This document shows positions 1 through 9,000 of a stretch of 27,356 nucleotides of DNA, piece by piece (the first letter of the stretch is position 1; the number at the start of each line of letters is the position of its first letter). The notes below the pieces were generated by a model. It saw nothing but the letters and a program-made list of their open reading frames with translations. It was not told the DNA's origin and did not search any database. The DNA comes from a virus (lineage: Duplodnaviria; Caudoviricetes), in the IMG/VR virus record IMGVR_UViG_3300037427_002699, positions 1-27,356 of that record, one strand, 5' to 3'. A program made the position numbers and the translations under genes.

Positions 1-3000
1 TCTGATTATCCTGATGCGTTAGATCCAGATAGTATTGTTAGTAATAATACAATAACAGCACAATATAGTACAATATCATTTAATGGACCTCATTTATTTG
101 AAACTGGTGATAAAATTTATTATGAATCAACAAATTCTCCTTTAGTTGGTATAGAAACTGGAATTTATTTTGTTAAGAAAACTAGTGAAAAAAATATTCA
201 ATTGTATGGATCTAGAAGTGGTATTTTAAGTAATCAATACATTCCTATAGGAAAACCTGCAGATGATACAGGTAACCACAAATTTACATTATATTCACAA
301 AGGTCTGGGGAAATTGCTCCTCAAAAGTTACTTAAGAAATTTTCATTAAATTCCATTCTTTATAATGGTGAATCAACACCAACTACTCCTGGTGGTATTG
401 GTATGTTGATTAATGGTGTAGAAATTAATAATTATAAATCACCTGATAAAATTTACTATGGACCATTAGATAATGTTTTAATAGTAAATGGTGGTGATAA
501 TTTTGACGTAATAAACCCTCCAAATATTACTATATCAAATTCATCTGGTACAACAGCACTTGTACAACCAGTTTTATCAGGTAAAATTGATAAAATCTTT
601 TTGTCTAATCAAGATTATGACATTGAATCTGTAGTTTCTATTGGTATTAGTGGGGGTAATGGAACTGGATATAATTTAGAACCAATTCTTAAAGTTAGAT
701 CTAGAGAAGTTTCATTTAATGCGGAAGCAACAACTTTTGGTGGTGGTATTAATACTACTCCAAGTACTGTTAATACTGGTAAAATAACTTTTTTAACGGA
801 TCATAATTTTGTTACAGGACAATCAATAAAATATGAATCTTCAACTGGTTCTTTAGTTGGTGTTGGTGTTGGTGGTGATGACACTTTAGCCAATTATGGA
901 AATTATTATGCTAGAAGGATTAATAGTACAACAATTAAACTTTATACTTCATATGAGGATTCTATTTTTGGAAATACTGGAATTAATACAGTTCAGTTTA
1001 ATGGAAAGGGATTTGGAATTCAGAAATTTACAATTGATCCAAAACTGACTGTTGATGATGTTAGAGTCTTAGATGGTGGAAGAAATTACACAAATAGAAA
1101 ATTATTAGTTAAACCAACTGGAATATCAACTTATACAGATACAATTATTTTTAAAGATCATGGATTTAATAGTGGAGAATTAATATCATATTCTGCTGTA
1201 GATGGTAATTCTGCAAAAATAGAAGGATTAGAGACAACTAATGATATTCAATATTATGTTCTTAAGACAGATAGTGATAAATTTAGGTTATGTAATGCTG
1301 GTATGGGGGGAACATATAGAACAAATTATGAAAATAAAAACATTCAATTTTTAGGAAGTACTGGAACTGGTTATCAACAATTTTCCTATCCTGAGATAAA
1401 AGGATTTGTGAAAATACTTTCCACAACAGGTCAAGAATCTGATATTCCAATAACTCCATCAGTTAAAGGGTCTATAGTTGATGTTTATGTGTATGAAGGT
1501 GGAACAGGATATGGGACAACAATTGCTAATACTGAAGTAAATCCATCTATTACAATAAAAACTGGTGTAGATGCAGTATTAACTCCATATTTTACTAATG
1601 GATCTGTATCAAGTGTTAGTGTTGAGTATGGTGGTAAAGAGTATTATTCAATACCAGATTTAAAAGTTAACGATCCTACTGGAAAGGGTGTTGGTGCAGA
1701 ATTAAAACCAATTATTGAAAACTTTAAAATAACAGGTGTTGAAATTTCCAATGCAGGAATTGGGTATTCAACATCTTCTAAAATTTCAGTTAAGTCTGCA
1801 GGGCAAAATGCAAAACTTATTCCTCAAGTAAGACCTCTTAGAATTAATAATAATATTAAGTTTAGTAGGGATAATGATCACTATCAATTAGTTGAAACTG
1901 ATAATAAATTAAAATATACCACATATGCATACAATTCTACTCTATTCGAAGATGATGGAAGTAAATTGTCAAATATTATTGGATGGGCATATGATGGAAA
2001 TCCAATATATGGTCCTTATGGTTTAGGAAATCCTAGTCAAAGTCCATCAAATACTAGTGAATTAGTAAGAAAACTTGAAAGTGGATATGTTTTAGATATT
2101 GCTAATATAATTGATAGACCAGATTTTCCAGATGGATATTTTGTTGAAGATTATAAATTCGATAATAGTGGTGATTTAGATAAATTTAATGGTAGATTTG
2201 AAATAAATCAGGATTTTCCTAATGGTGTTTACGCATATCATGCTACTTTGGATAAGTTTCCATATTTTATAGGCAATGAATATAGATCATTACCTATAAC
2301 CGAAAACTTCTCTGTTTTTGACCAATCCACATTCGATTTCAGTACCTCTGGTGTATTGAGAAATACTTTACCATATAAAGTTTCAGATGAGTATGCTGAT
2401 AATGATTTTATTATTGAAACAAATGAAATTGAACAACAAGAAATTGAAGTACAATCAGTTTCAAGTGGAAGTATAAATGGATATGATATATTAGATTCTG
2501 GATATGATTATAAAACTAATGAGAAATTGGCATTTGATGAATCTGGAACTAAAGGGGACTCTTTATCTGTCAGAGTTGAGTCTATAAAAGGTAAGGATGT
2601 TAGTGTTATTGAAACTACAGTAGATACATACAACGATTCATTATTAATATGGGGTGATGATAATATAGAATGTTTTATTGAACCAAATCATCCTTTAGAG
2701 GATAATGATAGTGTTGTTATTTCAGGACTTTCAAGTGATTTATCTAATATTAATGGATCTTATAAGATTGGAATAACAACATTTTCATCAACTGCAATAT
2801 CAACAATATTTGCTTCACCATCTCCAGGATTTACTACTGAAATTTATGTTTCTGCGATACCAGAATCAATTTCTATTGGAAGTAGTATATTGATAGGTTC
2901 AGAATCTTTGAAAATTTTGAATATATTTGAAAATTTAAATGTTATTAGGGTTGAAAGAGATTCTACTAATCATGGATCAGAATATCCAGCTGGAATAGGT

Positions 3001-6000
3001 GTAACTTATATCAATAATTCATTTAAAATTGATAAGAAAACTGATTATTTTAATTCTTCAAGAAAGAAAAGTATTTATTTCAATCCCACTAAATCTGTTG
3101 GTATTGGTACTACTCCAGGAACTAATTATGAGGTATCATTTGATTTTGCAGGAAATAGTGTTACTAGAAATATTCCAGTAAGACAACTTTATATTGAAAA
3201 TCATCCATTTAAGACTAATCAAAAAATTTCTTTAACAATACCTTCTGGAAATATTGCAATATCAACTAATAAAGTAGATGCTCCATTTAATATACCAACA
3301 TCTCTATATGTTGTAAATAAAGGAATTAATACACTTGGAATAAAAACAGGAATTGGTACTGCTAGTGATGGATATGCATATGAAGAGGTTTATTTCCGTA
3401 GCCTCACCAATGCTGATACTGATAAGTATTTGTTACAATCAGATGATGACATTCAAGTTACATCTAAAGTTCAAAGAATAAAATCAGTAGTTTCAGTATC
3501 AACTGTTGGAACATTTAATTCCGGATATCATGAATTATCAGATGGTGATGGTATTGTATTAAAAATTAAACCAAATATTAATTCTGGGATAGGATCTGAC
3601 ACTAATATAGAAGTAAAACGTGATTCATCTACAGGAAATATTTTAATCAATCCAATTATCTTTAATGTTGGTAATGTTAATATTAACGATAATTCTATTA
3701 CATTAGGTTCTAAAGGATTTAATTTGAAAACGGGAGATAAAGTTTTATATTCTGGTAGTGCTGCAGGATTATCCACGGGAAATTACTATGTTTATAAAGT
3801 TGATGATAAGATAATTAAATTATGTGAAACATATTCCGAAGCAACACAAGAAATACCAAATGTTATTGATATTACAGATGTAGGTGCTCCAAATCAATCT
3901 ATTAGTTTAATAAATCCTCGTATTAAAAACACAAATAATACCAATTTATTATTTGATCATTCAGATTCTTCTATGGATGGATATGATTTTAAAATATATT
4001 ATGATAAAGAATTTAAAAATAGATTTGTTGGAACAGGAAATACTTCATCATTTAATGTTTCCAATACTTCAAATACTACAATTATTAATTATAGTAAAAA
4101 TTTACCTAAAAAACTCTACTATAATATAGAAAAATCAGGATTTATTTCCACTTCTGATACTGATGTTGTAAATTATTCTGAAATATTATCAATTAATAGT
4201 TTATATGATGGTAATTATAGTATTAGTGGTGTTGGACAAACAAACTTTACTATATTTTTAAATGAAATTCCTGAAAAATCAACATATCAAGCAACTGAAT
4301 GTGATGTAATAGAATACACAACCAAATCAAAGTCTGCTAAAGGTCCCATTAATAAGATAGATATTATTTCTGGAGGATCTGGGTATAAAAATCTTCCTAC
4401 TTTTGTTGGTGTTGGAAGTACTTCAATAGGTAAAGATGCATCAATTGTATTGAAATCAGATACTATGGGCAATGTATCTAAAGTTAGATTTGTTAATTCT
4501 GGATTTGAGTATTCATCTGATAAAACTTTAGAACCAATTGCTTATATATCACCAATAGTGGAATTGAAAAATTCAAATAGTATTGGTATAGTTACAGTAA
4601 CTTCTGGTGGAGAAAATTATCTTAGTGCACCAAGAATTGATATTGTTGATTCTGATACTAAAGAGGTAATTAATAGTGGATTATTGGAAGCAGAAATGTT
4701 AGATAGTTCTATTTTTGCAGTTAATGTTGTAGAAAAACCTTTTGGGTTACCAGAAAAAAGAGTATTGTTGAAAACAACTAATAATACTAATGGTATTACA
4801 ATTTCAAGAGTAGATTGGATTCCAGGAAATGCTACTGAATTTTGGATTACTCTTGTTACCCCAACAACTGATTTTGGAATAGCACCATTCAAGTTGGGTG
4901 ATGAAGTTTTTGTTGAAGGTATTGAAAAATATGGTGATGATGGTAATGGATTTAATTCAACAGATTATGGATATGAATTTTTGAAAGTAACTGAAATTCA
5001 TACTAGTAATCCAAATCCAAATCCATTTAAATTTAAAGTTAGTGCTGTTGGTCTAACTGATGCGGTTGGTGTTGCAGTTACAATACCAACTAAATTTACT
5101 TCAGTAGTTAATAAATCAGATTATCCATCATTTAGTGTTGTACAATCCAAAGAAATCTTTGATATTGGTGAAAATTTAATTGTAAATAATGTAATAACAA
5201 ATATTAAAGTAACTCAAAATAATTCAACTTCAATTAAAGTTAGTGGATCTAATGTATCTAATTTATCTACTGATGATCTTATTGTTGGAAATACATCAGG
5301 AAATAAAGGAACTATACAAAAAATTACTGGAAATGATGCTAGATATAAGATTGATTTTTCACATACAAAGGATATTGGTTGGTTTGATGAAATTGGAAAA
5401 TTGAATGATGATACTCAAGTAGTACCAGATAATGATTATTATCAAAATCTATCTTATTCAATTCAGAGTTCTATTACTTGGGATAAATTACAAACTCAGG
5501 TAAATAATATCCTTCATACTAGTGGATTGAAAAATTTTGCAGATACTGGAATTACTTCAACTTCAAATATTAGTATTGGATCAACGTCAGAAACGACTGT
5601 AATACGTGATTATATAAGTGAAAAGAGAGTTGATGAGATTAGAGGTCTTGATTTAGTTAGAGATATTGATGTTACTGGTAATGTTGCAAGATTAATAGAA
5701 TTTCAGAATATAAGACTATCAGATTATATTGCGTGTTTAACTAATGATGTTTTTGTTATTGATAATATTAATAGTGAATTTTCAAATTTAGAAGATACTG
5801 AAACTTATTATACAGATATAATGGAGATTCCAGCAGATGGAAGTTATACCAATTTGTTGGTTAGGGTTAGTGATAATAATCGTATTACAGGAATATCAAC
5901 ACAAATTCAATTGTCAGAATTAGTTTTGATGAATTCTTATGCATATTCTACAAATAATCAAAATATTTTATTAGAAAAGTATAGAGTATTTAATTCTGAT

Positions 6001-9000
6001 GTTGATGGTTATGTTTCTTCTGAAGAAGATCAACTAGGAAGTTTTAAAATTGAAAAAAATGATCAGGATATAAACGTTCTTAGATTCTATCCAAGAGATA
6101 AGTTTGATAATGATTATAATTTGAAAATTTTTACTGGTAAATTTACTACAGTTAATTCTGGTGTTTCGACAATTAAAGTTGGTTCAATTGATAAAAGTGT
6201 ATTTGTTCAAACAGTTCCTACTGGAAATACTGATTTGATAGTGGAAGTTGGTATTGATAGTATAAGTTCATTGTTTGCAAATAGTCAAATTATTGATGTT
6301 TCAACTGGAGAAATGAATTTTGTTGAATCTTATATAACACAAGATGGACAACATAGTTTTATATCAGAAGTATATGCTGATACTAATCCAGTTGGAACTA
6401 GTGATAATAAAATTGGTATATTAACTTCTACATTATCAGGTAATACTTTAGCACTTAAATATGAAAATAATACATCATCCAATGTGTTAATTAGGTCTAA
6501 TGTTGTTGGATTTGGATCAACTGGATTTATTACACCAGAAGGACATACTGGTGTTGGAACATATAGATTCAAATCAATTGATGAACCAGATGGATATGAA
6601 AGGTCTTTAATTTATCAAGGAATATCAACCAGTGGTGTTGGAAAAACAACAATTGTTGATATAAGTTCTAATTTATTTGATTCTGTCAAATCTATAGTTG
6701 AAGTTAGTGTAGGGTCTTCAAAAGCAGTTCATGAAGTATTATCTGTACATGATACTAATAATATTTTTGTACAACCAGCAAAATTCATTTCTGGAGTAGT
6801 TTCTCCAGTTGGTAATACTGGATTAGGTACTTTTGGTGGTGAATATGTAGGAAGTAATTTGGTAGTTAGTTTTTATCCAGATGATGAAGTGGGTATGACA
6901 ACAGTATCAATACTTAATGAATGTTTATATACTCGTACTGATGCATTAAATATACCTCAAACTCTATTCTATGGAAATGTTTACAATGAAAATTTAGGAT
7001 ACAAATATTATAATGGTATTAGTGGTGATCGTATTAATAGAAGAGATTTCAAATTAAACACAAATTCTATTCCTATATTTGCAAAATCATTTAATCCAAA
7101 TTCTTCTACTTTAGTCGCTAATACAGGTACTTTTAGTGTAAATAATCATTTCTTCAGAACTGGTGAAGAATTAATTTATACTCCAAAATCAACAATAATT
7201 GGTATTGGATCGACTCCAATGCAATATATGTCTGCAGATAATGTAATGGATACATTACCATCTACAGTATTTGGTATAAAGAAAACTGATAATTCATTCC
7301 AAATAGCAACTACAAGAGCACATGCAAATGCTGGTAATGCAATAACATTTACTGGATTTGGTGAAGGAAATGCACATACTTTATCAATGAAAGATCCTAA
7401 TGAGAGATCATTAATAACTATCGATGATATAGTTCAATATCCAATAACACCAACTCCAGTATCACATACACTAAAATATAATCATAATGTTCATACTGGG
7501 TTGGATAATACTATATTCTCTTTAAGTGGTATTTCAACAATACATGTCGGTAATATATTGAAAATTGGTAATGAATATATGAAAGTTAATGATGTTGGTA
7601 CTGGGTCAAGTTCAATTGGTCCAATTACACCAGGAATTGGAACTTACCCATTAGTTGAAGTTGAAAGGGGTTCTATTGGTACTAATGAATCTATTCATCA
7701 AAATGGTGATCAAGTTAATAGATTTAAAGGTGGTTTTAACATTGTAGATAGTACAATTTACTTTACCGATGCACCAAGAGGAAATCCTAATAGATCTTTA
7801 ACTGAAGGTGGGTTAGATTTCCCAACATCAGAATTTACAGGAAGAGTATATTTAAGAAACGATTATTCCACAAATGACATATATGATGATGTTTCTCATC
7901 AGTTTAATGGAATAACAACACAATTTACACTGACTGTTGGTGGTGCAAATACTATCGGTATTGGAACTACAGGTGGAAATGGTATTCTATTCATAAATGG
8001 TATATTCCAAACACCAACAACCGATAATAATCCAGCAAATAACTTTAGGATTATAGAAACTGGTAGTGGTGCAACTGGTGTAACTAGTGTTGTATTCTCA
8101 GGAATAACTTCAACTAATGGTGAATTAATTATTTCTAATGATGATGTTAATAGAAATGGGTTACCTAGAGGTGGAATTCCTGTATCATATGGTTCAACAA
8201 CTGGATCTGGTTATGCACCTCTAGTTGGAGCATTAGTAAGACCTGTTTTGGATGGAGATGGAACTATTACTGGTATAGTTGGTGTTGCAACTACTGGAGG
8301 GGCATTAGTAGTAAATAACGCACAATATGACAATACATCAGGTATATTAACAGTTACTACTTCTGAAGATCATCAATTAGTTAATGGTGATGTTAGTGTT
8401 GATGAAGTTAAATTGATGAGTCTTGAATTTTCATGTCCTGCTGGTCATGAAGGTATAACAACTACTTTCTTCCCAAGTGGTGTTTATGGAGATAGGTTCT
8501 CTGTTATTAGTGTTAATTCAAAGACTGAATTTACAGTAAATGTTGGAACTAGTACAATTCCACATACCTATGTTGGTTCTGGAACTGCTTTCCCATATTA
8601 TGGTGATTTAAAACTAGGATCTGGTTACAATAGCATTGTTTCTATTGGTGTTTCAGTTATAGATGATGGATATAATCATAGATTTGTAAGTGCTGATAAT
8701 AATTCAATTATTAAGACCACATGGGATGGTGCGACAATTACTCCCACAAATGCAACATATCATCCTAGTTCTGGAATTGTTACTTTTACAGTAGCATCTC
8801 ATGGATTAGCAACAGACGATTTGGTAGGTATTAAAACAGAGTCATTGACATTTAAGTGTTCTAAGGATAATTACGCATCAGAACATAAGTATCCTAGAGG
8901 ACCATATACACACATTTATAATGGAGGCACAGTAACTACTGCATTTGATGGGGCAATGGATGTAAGTAATGCAGTTTATAATGCTGCAACAGGTGATTTA

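Noticed and set aside
202-204. TTG start assigned by the ORF track for the giant ORF
   Set aside because: The frame is open from base 1 and encodes a recognisable repeat unit upstream of 202, so the real start lies outside the window.
1-3000. Apparent abundance of GATC sites
   Set aside because: About 12 counted in the first 3 kb, only modestly above a rough compositional expectation and explainable by Gly-Ser, Asp-Pro and Asp-His codon pairs. Not supportable without computation.
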